A DNA stretch of 64,000 nt. Source: a virus (taxonomy: Duplodnaviria > Caudoviricetes). The translations under genes and the position numbers were made by a program. The DNA lies in IMG/VR virus record IMGVR_UViG_3300027983_002389. One strand, written 5' to 3'. Positions 28,286-37,716 of the stretch are shown in pieces. Within the stretch, counting starts at the first letter, position 1; every line of letters begins with the position of its first letter. Under the pieces are notes generated by a model, which saw only the letters and a program-made list of their open reading frames with translations, was not told the DNA's origin and did no database searches.

Positions 28286-28900
28286 ATGCCAGCGGAATCC
28301 AGTAATACCAAAGGATATGGACTCGTTTTGGTCCCACAACCGCCACTCGTTAGAACCATTTTCTTTGCCGAAGGTGGCAAGCGACAATTAGCGTTTCCGT
28401 ATACGATGTTCGGGCTGTTTTATTTCAGAACTCCCGATTACAAATATCACCTGAAGCGTTTGCATGTCATTTTCGGACAGAAACCCTTCACTGGCACCGA
28501 CCTGACTGAAGAGTTCTTCGGGTTGCCGCTTCGTAATCACGACGGCGCATTTGCCACCTGCTTTTACCAATGGGACACAGAGCAGACTGCCGAGAAGTTT
28601 GCCGAAAAGATCATCGGTCAATACTGGATGAGTCCCTACGCCGAATACAACGATTGGGCGTCATGGTGGACTACTCGGTACGCTGCTCTCAACCCGGATT
28701 TCCTCAAGCGGTGGCAGGAAGCTACCGACAAGAAGGATTACGCCTTCATCATGAACGAGCCGCTGCTAAAAGCAGACCATCACGTCAACCTTGGTAAATT
28801 GCTCGAAGCCAACAAGAGCCACTATGCAGAAGGTGGCATTGAAGTTGTTACGCTCTTTCCCAAACTGGATTTAATCAAGAAAATTGAAGAGGCTGCATAA
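28286..28900 (+). CDS. Hypothetical protein, possible prokaryotic E2 family D-like
   Basis: LAFPY...LPLRN....TC...YW.SP pattern; weak. Confidence 0.4.
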   Translation: MPAESSNTKGYGLVLVPQPPLVRTIFFAEGGKRQLAFPYTMFGLFYFRTPDYKYHLKRLHVIFGQKPFTGTDLTEEFFGLPLRNHDGAFATCFYQWDTEQTAEKFAEKIIGQYWMSPYAEYNDWASWWTTRYAALNPDFLKRWQEATDKKDYAFIMNEPLLKADHHVNLGKLLEANKSHYAEGGIEVVTLFPKLDLIKKIEEAA

Positions 28901-29171
28901 AAAACTTTTTTTCTATGGAGAACGTGTAATGGAACTTAAAACCATCGCAGTCATTTCCAGACATCTTGAAACGTATTGAATCCATAGACGGATTCGGTGT
29001 TGTTCAGATACAGTATCAAACACTTGTCGTTTTCACGACAAGATATGCAATTTCCAAATCCCGAAATGCAAAGAACATTTCTGGAGGCGTTCTTTGGTGG
29101 CAACAAGGATATTCTTGATCTGCCAACCACATTGTCATATGTTGTTCAATTTGCCAAATTTGTGATTTTCG

Positions 29172-29525
29172 ATGTCCAAAATAACTGAATTCAAATTTAC
29201 TGGAAGAACACCAACATCTGGAAGAACACCATCATCAAAGATGGAGAAAGGGAGGGAAAATATGCACGATCTGAGTCATGAATACGATGACGAATGCGAA
29301 TGCTGTCAGCCAGGGTTGATAGACTTGAAGACTGGCAAGCAGATGGAGAAAGACCATCCGGTTATGATCGCCGTGCTTAAAGCATGGAAAGAAAGAACAA
29401 CTTTCGCAGAACGTCGAGCCACCAGCCGAGTGTGGATGGGACAATCAACTAATCCAACTGAAATCAGAATCATGGAGAAGGTTGGCGGCATGATTCAAGA
29501 GGTCATCAAAGAGATCGAAGAATGA
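29172..29525 (+). CDS. Hypothetical protein
   Basis: 18-bp duplication GRTPTS/GRTPSS near start. Confidence 0.6.
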   Translation: MSKITEFKFTGRTPTSGRTPSSKMEKGRENMHDLSHEYDDECECCQPGLIDLKTGKQMEKDHPVMIAVLKAWKERTTFAERRATSRVWMGQSTNPTEIRIMEKVGGMIQEVIKEIEE

Positions 29526-29797
29526 AACCTCAAAAATTCACTCGAACCATTGATGACGACAACGCCCCTGAACGACTTCGGGGATTGGTTATGCTTGCGG
29601 TATTGACTGAAACACGATTGGAGTTTCAAGTTGATTTACCCAATGAACTCACCAATCAAGAAATTGCCTATCTCAGGTGGTTCACTGGTGAAATAGTGGA
29701 CGAGATGAAGACTAAGTTGCCGCCTGATACATTTGGAGAAGCCAGATATGGAAACAAAATTCATAGAAGTGACGAACAACAACCAGAATTGGGGTAA
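29522..29797 (+). CDS. Hypothetical protein
   Basis: ATGA overlap. Confidence 0.55.
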   Translation: MKPQKFTRTIDDDNAPERLRGLVMLAVLTETRLEFQVDLPNELTNQEIAYLRWFTGEIVDEMKTKLPPDTFGEARYGNKIHRSDEQQPELG

Positions 29798-30116
29798 GTT
29801 TTTGTTATTTCGTTTTGACAACGAATGGCAATATGAATCTGCACTCAGTGGTCGTTCATTACTCAATGAAGTTGGTTGGACCGAAGACAACATCTTCTTA
29901 TTGGACCTACAAACTGGTGAGGGCGCTCGATTTAGACCGGGTGGACTCGCCAGTACCGATTTGGATAAACACAAAATATGGTGCTGTCCAATGTACGAGC
30001 CGTTCCTAAACTGGCTCTACAAACAAGACCTAACAGATTTCAGCAAATTGCCTGATTCACTTAATTTGCCTGACGCCGAGTTTCAATACAGAGGATACAG
30101 AAGGGAAGGTAAATGA
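29733..30116 (+). CDS. Hypothetical protein
   Basis: LDLQTGEGA...CPMYEPFL.W motif. Confidence 0.65.
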   Translation: MEKPDMETKFIEVTNNNQNWGKFLLFRFDNEWQYESALSGRSLLNEVGWTEDNIFLLDLQTGEGARFRPGGLASTDLDKHKIWCCPMYEPFLNWLYKQDLTDFSKLPDSLNLPDAEFQYRGYRREGK

Positions 30117-30430
30117 ATCAGCCTAATCTACACCATGAAGGCCCGCTCACTGTTGAACTCGTCAGTGGACTCATGAATAAAGCCAAATTAGCAATGGACG
30201 AAATCATTGCTTTTGAACCTCCTGACGAAGATATTGAATGGGTTATTTGCAAAGGCAATTGGGCCAAGCAACTGCAATATGCAGGCATTCGTTGTGCTGC
30301 CATCCTCACAAAGCTGGAGATGAATATCGAACATCGTCTTAAAGAGGACCATAAGTGCATTGATATTACTTTGTGTATTCTTCGAGACTACGAGGCAGCT
30401 AAGGCAAAGAACTGGACGTTGGCTGAATAA
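30113..30430 (+). CDS. Hypothetical protein
   Basis: ATGA overlap. Confidence 0.6.
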   Translation: MNQPNLHHEGPLTVELVSGLMNKAKLAMDEIIAFEPPDEDIEWVICKGNWAKQLQYAGIRCAAILTKLEMNIEHRLKEDHKCIDITLCILRDYEAAKAKNWTLAE

Positions 30431-30507
30431 CTGGACTACGCTGACGAAATGGAAGATCATGATCCTTCCTATGAGGATGGTCGGCATTTTGAGGAAATCA
30501 AGTAGAT

Positions 30508-30536
30508 TTTACAGTTCTTGCAATGCGTGGTATAAT
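30508..30536 (+). promoter_or_regulatory. sigma70-like promoter
   Basis: TTTACA-N17-TATAAT, 8 nt before ATG. Confidence 0.75.
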
Positions 30537-30544
30537 CAGAAATC

Positions 30545-30931
30545 ATGAGTAAAATTCGACTCGATATTGGACGCCCAACACCTATGCCCGGTCGCTATCG
30601 CCCTGATTATTGGGTGGTGCGACAAGAGGGCAATCTCATTGTTCGCTACAATAACGAGCTTAATCGTTTTGGATGGCCTCGGCTGAAGACCATAGCCGAG
30701 AAAGCCCTCAAGGAATGCGACCTATGGGACTCACATGGTACGCATCGAGCCGAAATTGGCAATTTGGACGGTGTTCTCTATATCGCCTTCCCCATCAAAG
30801 ACCCTGCTGGTAATGTCAATGTCTGTATTGAAACACAGGTTGGATTTGAAACAGGATTGGGGGTCAAACTGTCTGACCTTGCGGAATACGACTTAATCAG
30901 TGACGGACAACACAAACATGGCATCAACTAA
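30545..30931 (+). CDS. Hypothetical protein
   Basis: Directly after promoter. Confidence 0.65.
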   Translation: MSKIRLDIGRPTPMPGRYRPDYWVVRQEGNLIVRYNNELNRFGWPRLKTIAEKALKECDLWDSHGTHRAEIGNLDGVLYIAFPIKDPAGNVNVCIETQVGFETGLGVKLSDLAEYDLISDGQHKHGIN

Positions 30932-31190
30932 AGTCGATAACTTTTGCCCGATATGCAAAAAAGAAATACAGCCAGGATTGACGATCTATATCACCAAGGT
31001 CAACTTGACCGATAATGGTCGCACTGGTTCTGGTGATGGCGGCATACCTTTTGGAGGCATATATAAGCCAACGCCAGAAGGAAAACTCCGCATCAAATAT
31101 CTTGGCAATTCCACACCACGAGTATGCGTTCATCAGGAATGCTATGAATCAAAAATAGAATCCATCCTCTTTGGAAAAAAGAAGAAATGA
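30900..31190 (+). CDS. Zn-finger hypothetical protein
   Basis: CPIC...H..C. Confidence 0.55.
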   Translation: MTDNTNMASTKVDNFCPICKKEIQPGLTIYITKVNLTDNGRTGSGDGGIPFGGIYKPTPEGKLRIKYLGNSTPRVCVHQECYESKIESILFGKKKK

Positions 31191-31618
31191 GACACACAGA
31201 ACTATTATCGCCTGAAGCCCAAGAAGAATTCGGCAATGCACTGGAAAGTGTGTTCAACGGAATTCTCAAAAGATCACACGAAGAACGAGAACAGACTGAG
31301 CCTTGGAAGAATCTTTTCACAGCTTCCGAACAAGGGCTGCGTGGCATCCTCAGCGAAGCCAATAGTCAGATGGTGCGTGTGACTATTGACACTACTGATA
31401 TTATCCAAAAGAAGTTCGGCATTCGGTGTTCTAACAAGTTGCATGGGTTGATTAAAGCCCTGCCATTTGTCATGAACAAATTGGGCGATGCCATTCACGA
31501 CGAACAAGGCTTGTCATGTTGTAGCGATAAAGCACGACAAGTTTACTACGATGAGGTCTTGGCTGAGATCAAACATCTGTTGAAAGAACAGAGAAAAAAC
31601 AAGGAAATTCAACCATGA
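31187..31618 (+). CDS. Hypothetical protein
   Basis: ATGA overlaps on both ends. Confidence 0.65.
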   Translation: MRHTELLSPEAQEEFGNALESVFNGILKRSHEEREQTEPWKNLFTASEQGLRGILSEANSQMVRVTIDTTDIIQKKFGIRCSNKLHGLIKALPFVMNKLGDAIHDEQGLSCCSDKARQVYYDEVLAEIKHLLKEQRKNKEIQP

Positions 31619-32163
31619 AGTACATCGAAGGCGATCTCTTTGACCATGTCCCTACTGAAGACGATGAAGTAGTCATCATAGCCCATGTTTGCAATGACAT
31701 TGGCGCATGGGGTGCTGGTTTCGTCGTGCCTTTGGGTCGCAAATATCCTTCGGCCAGACAGTCATTCATTGATATGACTGAGAGGAACCTTGGCGAAGTG
31801 ATGTTCGTTCCTCAAGCTGACAAGATCGTTGTCGCCAATATGATCGGGCAGGAAGGCACCGGCCCTAAATTCGAGGGCGACAAAATGATTCCTCCTATTC
31901 GATATGAGGCATTGAAGAAGTGCCTACATCACGTTCACGCTATGGCAAAAGGGTTTCAGCAGCAAGGTAAGAAGGTCCGCATCGCTTGTCCCATGTTCGG
32001 TGCTGGTCTTGCTGGTGGTGATTGGGACACGATTTCCCAAATGATATTTTTGATCTGGTCTGAACAAGGGATTGAGACTAACATCTATTATCTCCCTCAA
32101 TTCCTTCCACCGGGGTTCACACCCCCAGGAGCAGATGATGGCAAGCAAGAAGTCGCCACTTGA
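31615..32163 (+). CDS. Macrodomain (Appr-1-p processing / DarG-TARG1-like) ADP-ribosyl hydrolase
   Basis: GDLF, IAHVCND.GAWGAGF, PMFGAGLAGGDW. Confidence 0.9.
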   Translation: MKYIEGDLFDHVPTEDDEVVIIAHVCNDIGAWGAGFVVPLGRKYPSARQSFIDMTERNLGEVMFVPQADKIVVANMIGQEGTGPKFEGDKMIPPIRYEALKKCLHHVHAMAKGFQQQGKKVRIACPMFGAGLAGGDWDTISQMIFLIWSEQGIETNIYYLPQFLPPGFTPPGADDGKQEVAT

Positions 32164-32490
32164 GTTGTCGCCCGAAGAAATGTCTACATATGTCGGCACG
32201 GTAAAAGATGCTGTTCAATTATTTTTGAATGAATCAGGCGTCGGGAGTAAATTCTCCGACCTTGTGGCATTCATGAACACACGATTTCGCACTGCTGATG
32301 AGCAAATGTTCAAAGAATGGACCGAGAAGGAATTCCCAGGTCAGTTCACTTACACTCACACTCACACAGCAACTTACGATGGTGGCGAAGATGTGGTGGA
32401 TTAAACCTTCTGACCTTGGAGAGAAGACCAAAACTGGATATTCAAGAACAAAGTTTGCCACGTCTGTAGTTTCCATAATGGAGTCCACGG

Positions 32491-32889
32491 ATGAATGATA
32501 TGAATGATATTGAAGATGTACTAAGGAATGCCAAAGTGGTATTTGGTCTTGAGAAGCAAGGCCATATCCCAACCATTAGCAGGCTACTCGCCGAAGGAAA
32601 AAAGTGGGATGAGATTGGAGAGGTAATTGGCTGGTGTTCAATTACAGCACGAGAACACTATGAGCAATACCTTCACCGATCAGATGCCATTCAAACAATC
32701 TGGTTTGAAAATGAAGTCTGTCCTCTACTCGCAAGAGCAGTTGAAATGTTGAGGAAATTCGGCAATAAGCCAGAGACTCCAGTTTGGGATCGCAATGATA
32801 TTTCCAGCTTCATTTATCATGCCGAGAAACACCTGTTGTCATCACCAAAAAACATTCATCCTATTTTGAAGTCTCCAGAAGATGTCTAA
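32491..32889 (+). CDS. Hypothetical protein
   Basis: SD GGAG. Confidence 0.6.
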   Translation: MNDMNDIEDVLRNAKVVFGLEKQGHIPTISRLLAEGKKWDEIGEVIGWCSITAREHYEQYLHRSDAIQTIWFENEVCPLLARAVEMLRKFGNKPETPVWDRNDISSFIYHAEKHLLSSPKNIHPILKSPEDV

Positions 32890-33091
32890 TACAAAAGAGC
32901 AAAGATTGGCATTCGCCGTCAGTTGTCTTAAATTGGCTCGAAAAGAGATCAAGGATCATGGACGTGAGTTCATGAAGCCAGACGAAGATGTTTTTGACTC
33001 TGCCCTCCAATACGGTGGCTCCATCAGTCCAAAATTGACGAAGGCCGAAGTCATTGACGCTGACCAACTGAACCATCAACGTCGGGATTGA
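32882..33091 (+). CDS. Hypothetical protein
   Basis: ORF in run. Confidence 0.5.
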   Translation: MSNTKEQRLAFAVSCLKLARKEIKDHGREFMKPDEDVFDSALQYGGSISPKLTKAEVIDADQLNHQRRD

Positions 33092-33154
33092 ATCCTCTCA
33101 TGGACCACTCTACGACGGGATTGAAAAAGATTACTTTAATCCACTGGAGTTGCT

Positions 33155-33460
33155 ATGAGTAATTTAATGTACAAAGGGATTGAATGCGTCTTCAGCGAGA
33201 AAGCCGAGGCAATACTTTCATCTGATGATCTCAAGATTTTTTTGCTAGATTCATTTTTTACCTACGAACCCATTGATTCAATAAGATGGGTTAACGTCAA
33301 AGAAGCAACAGATGACGAGCAATTGCCAATGTATCGCATTAGCAATAATGCCAATCAATCATTGTTATTGTGGCCCACACTAAATGGCAGTGATCTCTTG
33401 CTCGCCGTTGACTCTGTTGAGGACAGACCAGATTTGGGGTGGATTAAAAACAAAAATTGA
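33155..33460 (+). CDS. Hypothetical protein
   Basis: SD GGAG. Confidence 0.6.
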   Translation: MSNLMYKGIECVFSEKAEAILSSDDLKIFLLDSFFTYEPIDSIRWVNVKEATDDEQLPMYRISNNANQSLLLWPTLNGSDLLLAVDSVEDRPDLGWIKNKN

Positions 33461-33502
33461 CTATAATTGCAGTGGTGTTTTAACCCCTTTTAGGAGAAGA
33501 AA

Positions 33503-34258
33503 ATGCAAGAAGAAGTAAAGCCTAATACCACCAAAGAAATGAAATCAAATCTCGGTGGCTCTCCCAACGTCGTATTTAGTTTCGACACCACTGGAAGTAT
33601 GAACCCCTGTATTCAACAGGTGCGACAAAAACTGCGTGATCTCATCGAAATGATGACTGCCGATATTCCCGGCCTCAAGATTGGTCTAATCGCCCACGGC
33701 GATTATTGTGATGGCGACAATGCCATTGCATTCCTCGATCTAACTGATGATCTCGAAAAGATCATGACCTTCATTAACACTACACCCAATACTAGCGGTG
33801 GCGATCCTCCTGAATGCTACGAATACGCTCTCCAGACGGCAAGGAAAATGTCTTGGCCCAAGGAAGGTGGCAGCGTAGTGCTTATTGGTGACGATGAACC
33901 GCACGAAGTAAATCCCAATAATATCAATTGGCGGGATGAACTGCGTCAGATGCTTGAACTCAATGTCAAAGTATTTCCGATGCAGTGTCTATTCAGTAAC
34001 CTTCGTGTCAATGCCAATGAGTTTTGGGAAGAAGTTTCTCAAATCAGCGGAACGCCACTGTTAATGCTTGAATCCTTTGGCGATAGCGCCAATACGCTTG
34101 AAGCTGTATCATATGCTGCATCTGGTGGCGCTGCATATGATACCTACAAAGGCAAATTCGCATCAGAAGTTTCAAGTGGCATGAGAAGTTGCGCAACTAG
34201 CAATCTTGTGGACAATCAGTCCAAGCTGGAAACGTATGCCAATAGTCCGAAAGGGTAA
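33503..34258 (+). CDS. von Willebrand factor A domain protein
   Basis: MIDAS-like FDTTGSM, GDYCD, GGDPPECYE, LIGDDEPH. Confidence 0.85.
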   Translation: MQEEVKPNTTKEMKSNLGGSPNVVFSFDTTGSMNPCIQQVRQKLRDLIEMMTADIPGLKIGLIAHGDYCDGDNAIAFLDLTDDLEKIMTFINTTPNTSGGDPPECYEYALQTARKMSWPKEGGSVVLIGDDEPHEVNPNNINWRDELRQMLELNVKVFPMQCLFSNLRVNANEFWEEVSQISGTPLLMLESFGDSANTLEAVSYAASGGAAYDTYKGKFASEVSSGMRSCATSNLVDNQSKLETYANSPKG

Positions 34259-34263
34259 AGGTC

Positions 34264-34512
34264 GTGAAAGAACAGGTTGAAGAAACGCTCAGAGAGGAAA
34301 ATCCGAACGCATTGTTCCTTGATGGTTTCGATGAAGCCATTATCGGGATTGCCAGACGAGCAAACCTCGCCGTCGTCGCCTACAGTGAATTGACCTGCAT
34401 TGATATTCTCATGCAGTAACAAAAAATGACCGAAGACGAAGCCTGGGATTACTTTGGACACAATATCCAAGGGGCCTGGGTGGGCGAACACACGCCAGTT
34501 CTCATCAGCTAA
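34264..34512 (+). pseudogene. Conserved phage hypothetical gene with in-frame TAA at 34417
   Basis: DGFDEAIIG...CIDILMQ*QKMTEDEAWDYFGHNIQGAWVGEHTP. Confidence 0.75.
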
Positions 34513-34532
34513 CCCAACTTCACTTTAAGCCG

Positions 34533-34560
34533 AAAAGCCACTCACGAGTGGCTTTTTATT
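34533..34560 (+). terminator. Intrinsic terminator
   Basis: AAAAGCCACTC-AC-GAGTGGCTTTT. Confidence 0.85.
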
Positions 34561-34587
34561 TACAGTCATTTATTTTCATGGTAAAAT
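34559..34587 (+). promoter_or_regulatory. sigma70-like promoter
   Basis: TTTACA-N17-TAAAAT. Confidence 0.7.
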
Positions 34588-34594
34588 CCCAATT

Positions 34595-34626
34595 GATCGA
34601 ACCAAAATGACAATTGGCTCTCTAGG
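34595..34626 (+). promoter_or_regulatory. ECF-sigma-like promoter, copy 3
   Basis: GATCGAACCA-N16-TCTAGG. Confidence 0.7.
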
Positions 34627-34631
34627 CGGGT

Positions 34632-34853
34632 GTGAAAGAAATGCAATCACCACCACAATCAGGCGAAATATGGGTGAATATCCATACTAGCAAAAAGGCG
34701 ACCATTCAGTCAATTGAGGAAGCGAGAGGCGGGTTGGTTGTCGTATATGACCAACCTGAATGGAAAAAACAGCGATGCGACATCGTGACATTCAATGTCC
34801 ATTGGAAACGATTCAAATCAGCCAGTAAATGGTTTTTGGGAGCATTGCAATGA
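34632..34853 (+). CDS. Hypothetical protein
   Basis: Directly after tandem promoters. Confidence 0.55.
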   Translation: MKEMQSPPQSGEIWVNIHTSKKATIQSIEEARGGLVVVYDQPEWKKQRCDIVTFNVHWKRFKSASKWFLGALQ

Positions 34854-35116
34854 TAACGATTGTTTTAGATGCCCATCGAATCCCTGATGGAACTGAAGTT
34901 CGCAAGCTGACAGGTCAGAAAGTCTATGTCTTACAGAGACAACTCAAGATTTACATGCCCGGCGAAAGAAAAGATGTCAATTTCGACGGATTCGTGTTTC
35001 TCACGTCGGATCGTTCAATCAATGGCTACCCGGACACAAACAAATTTGCCATAGACCTGCCTGACGAAGACGCTGTTGAATTTGTGGAAAAACTCCTGAC
35101 GCCCATTCCGTATTGA
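34829..35116 (+). CDS. Hypothetical protein
   Basis: Likely ATG at 34850 with ATGA overlap. Confidence 0.6.
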   Translation: MVFGSIAMITIVLDAHRIPDGTEVRKLTGQKVYVLQRQLKIYMPGERKDVNFDGFVFLTSDRSINGYPDTNKFAIDLPDEDAVEFVEKLLTPIPY

Positions 35117-35126
35117 AAGACGCACA

Positions 35127-35570
35127 ATGAAACGCAGCAAACCATTCATCGACGATCATGCAGAAGAACCACCTGAAGTGGATTTGGCACAACTTCGTCA
35201 ACTTACCGAGCAAGCCATTCAACGTGGCAAGTGGAAAGAAGAAAAACGACTGGTTGACATTAAGGTCGAAGACGAACGAAAGGTCAAGCGTGACCAGTTG
35301 TTCGCTGCCGCCGTATTGTCTGATTTTCCTGATAAGTGTGAGAAGGAAGCGGGACGAGGCCGATCTCACGCCATCATCATGGGGCTGAAATACAGTCGAG
35401 ATTATGTCTACCAAGGCAATAATTTCAACTCTATTCATGTTGAGTTGCTTACAGGCCCCGGAGCAATCGTTTGGAACTACCTGCAAGAAGCTGGACTCAA
35501 ACCTTCGATTGAGTATTGGCATGACGGCATGGGCATGGAAAGCGGCTTCAACATTCTCGTTCACTGGTAA
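35127..35570 (+). CDS. Hypothetical protein
   Basis: ORF in run. Confidence 0.65.
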   Translation: MKRSKPFIDDHAEEPPEVDLAQLRQLTEQAIQRGKWKEEKRLVDIKVEDERKVKRDQLFAAAVLSDFPDKCEKEAGRGRSHAIIMGLKYSRDYVYQGNNFNSIHVELLTGPGAIVWNYLQEAGLKPSIEYWHDGMGMESGFNILVHW

Positions 35571-35580
35571 GGACCATCGT

Positions 35581-36108
35581 ATGTGCATGACTCAACGTGT
35601 TGTTTCTGAGAAGCCAGTCTCATTGGTGCCGCAGGATGCTTTCAAAGTATTCTCCCGCACCAAAGATGGGCAGCTTCAGTCTGTCTTCGTGCCGACCTTC
35701 AAAGTGGGATTGATATATCCACCGAATGAGCGAATTCGAGTGGACACTGAGGATGCCACGTTCTTCGCTTTTGAGAACTTCAAAAATGCAATATCCATTG
35801 CACGGCAGGGACGCAAGCGATGGAATATGGTCAATGGTGATTTGATCGTATTGCCTGTCACAATGAACGAAATTGTCGCAACAGGCAAATACTTCGTCCG
35901 CAGCGAAGACGTTCAGTGCTTGGATGGGTTTTACCCGGCTTTAGAGTCCAAGGAAATCATCGTCCACGACACTGAAGAAAACCGCAACGCTTTCTACGAC
36001 GCTGTATTGTCTCAGTGGTTGGGATTACAAAAATACAGCATGTCCAAGATCGAGAAGGAAGCATTTGCCGCTCGCATACCGCATTTGGCTAAGGCCGCAT
36101 TTGGCTAA
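35581..36108 (+). CDS. Hypothetical protein; 16-bp duplication at 3' end
   Basis: SD AAGGA; CCGCATTTGGCTAAGG x2 at 36079-36110. Confidence 0.65.
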   Translation: MCMTQRVVSEKPVSLVPQDAFKVFSRTKDGQLQSVFVPTFKVGLIYPPNERIRVDTEDATFFAFENFKNAISIARQGRKRWNMVNGDLIVLPVTMNEIVATGKYFVRSEDVQCLDGFYPALESKEIIVHDTEENRNAFYDAVLSQWLGLQKYSMSKIEKEAFAARIPHLAKAAFG

Positions 36109-36305
36109 GGCCACAAAGTAATGGACAAAATACAAAAGCTGAAAGAACTCTTGGCCGACATTCGCATTAAACACGGCGTTGATTATGCCATTTTGCACAA
36201 ATATGGCAAAACCCGTGTGATGTGCGACAAGATTTGGGAGCAATCAATAAAGGAACAGGCGGCAATTGTCGATTTGGAGATTTTTGATTGGCATTTCTAC
36301 AACTA

Positions 36306-36337
36306 GGTCGAACCATTCAGGATATTTCCTCTCTAGG
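36306..36337 (+). promoter_or_regulatory. ECF-sigma-like promoter, copy 4
   Basis: GGTCGAACCA-N16-TCTAGG. Confidence 0.75.
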
Positions 36338-36750
36338 TGTTTGTGGCGAACATCCTCAAACATGGAGACAAAATAATGTGTAACACCAGAGGCATTTGTG
36401 ATGAATGTGGCATCGAATGCGATTCTGTCACAGAAGACCAAGGCATCGGCCCTTATGAGTATTGGGGCAGTCGTGGTGTTCACCACGATTATGTTAAAGT
36501 TTCTCCATGTTGCGGCGCTGAAGTTGTAGAAGGTGGCAATACACTGGTTCGCATCAGCGACCATACTGCCCGACGTGACCACAAAAGCGGCGGCATCAGA
36601 AAGGGCGACCACTATCGACTCGTTGTGACTCGTTGCTGGCGTCATCATGGTCCGCACTGGATTAGCACTCGCAAGATCAAGAAGGACGCTCCACCCGTTC
36701 AATTCTTTGGCAAGTTCAAGTTCCTGAAAGGCGTCTCCAATGAGGAATAG
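36337..36750 (+). CDS. Zn-binding hypothetical protein
   Basis: CDECG, GIGPYEYWG, SPCC. Confidence 0.6.
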   Translation: MFVANILKHGDKIMCNTRGICDECGIECDSVTEDQGIGPYEYWGSRGVHHDYVKVSPCCGAEVVEGGNTLVRISDHTARRDHKSGGIRKGDHYRLVVTRCWRHHGPHWISTRKIKKDAPPVQFFGKFKFLKGVSNEE

Positions 36751-36781
36751 GTCGAACCAAAACATAAATTTGATCTCTAGG
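36750..36781 (+). promoter_or_regulatory. ECF-sigma-like promoter, copy 5
   Basis: GGTCGAACCA-N16-TCTAGG. Confidence 0.75.
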
Positions 36782-36825
36782 TCTTTGTAAGAGCAAATGA
36801 CAAAAAGCACAACGAGGGTTGAATA

Positions 36826-37680
36826 ATGGGCATGTTTTCATGGCTTTGTAAAGGTTGCGGACACGAACTAAAAGATGGAGAACACGTTCGCCTCAATAGT
36901 TCTGTTGGCACCTATGACGGATATGGTCGTGCTGGTGGGTTTGAATACAGTGGCAGTTACGAAAATCCCACTGCTTGGCATGTCCGTTGTTACAAAAATG
37001 CAACTACAGAGCAAAAGCGAAATGACGACTCAAGCAGAAACGCCCCAAACCAAGGGTTTGGCATCGCTGCTCTCGAAAACAAAAAAGAATACAATCCAGA
37101 AGCAAAGACGACCTTCTCTCCTGTTCTATTGGTAGATCACTACGACGGTAAGGCAGAGAAAACCACCAGACAAGAATGGTACGTCGTCGATGGCGTCTTG
37201 GTCAACCAGAGTCACTACGAATCGTTGTGTGAAGTTGCCAATGGTGAGGGCGGCATAACTGAATCTATGTTCAACGAACGACCTGATGACTGGTACAATT
37301 CAACCACCAGAGAAGAACAAATCGCTTTTTACGAGCTAATCGAGCAAACAGTCGAAGCCCATATTGGCATGAAGCGACCTCGCACTGATGCCACCATATT
37401 CGACAGCTTTGAGGAAGCAAAGAGAGTCGTCGAATCATTGATTCCATCATTACCCAACCCTGATTGGGGATATGAACTGGCGATCTATGGGATACAAGAA
37501 AAAATTCAGGGATTGTATTACAAATACAACAAAATCCCAGGATTTGACATGGTGGATATTCCCGGTCAGTTTTATCCGCATGGAAAACCCAAGGTTGACT
37601 TCGTTTTCAACGGTCAATTTGAAGAAGAAATAGCATTCATTCATGGTCGTCCAGCCGCCGCAGGCGTCAAGTCATATTGA
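36826..37680 (+). CDS. Hypothetical protein
   Basis: MGMFSWLCKGC...YDGYG...PNQG motifs; SD GAGG. Confidence 0.75.
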   Translation: MGMFSWLCKGCGHELKDGEHVRLNSSVGTYDGYGRAGGFEYSGSYENPTAWHVRCYKNATTEQKRNDDSSRNAPNQGFGIAALENKKEYNPEAKTTFSPVLLVDHYDGKAEKTTRQEWYVVDGVLVNQSHYESLCEVANGEGGITESMFNERPDDWYNSTTREEQIAFYELIEQTVEAHIGMKRPRTDATIFDSFEEAKRVVESLIPSLPNPDWGYELAIYGIQEKIQGLYYKYNKIPGFDMVDIPGQFYPHGKPKVDFVFNGQFEEEIAFIHGRPAAAGVKSY

Positions 37681-37716
37681 ATTGGACAGAACCCGAACCA
37701 ACAAAGGAACCTGAAC

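Noticed and set aside
28929-29188. 63-aa ORF at 28997 as an intact gene
   Set aside because: Looks like frameshifted fragments; too little evidence to call.
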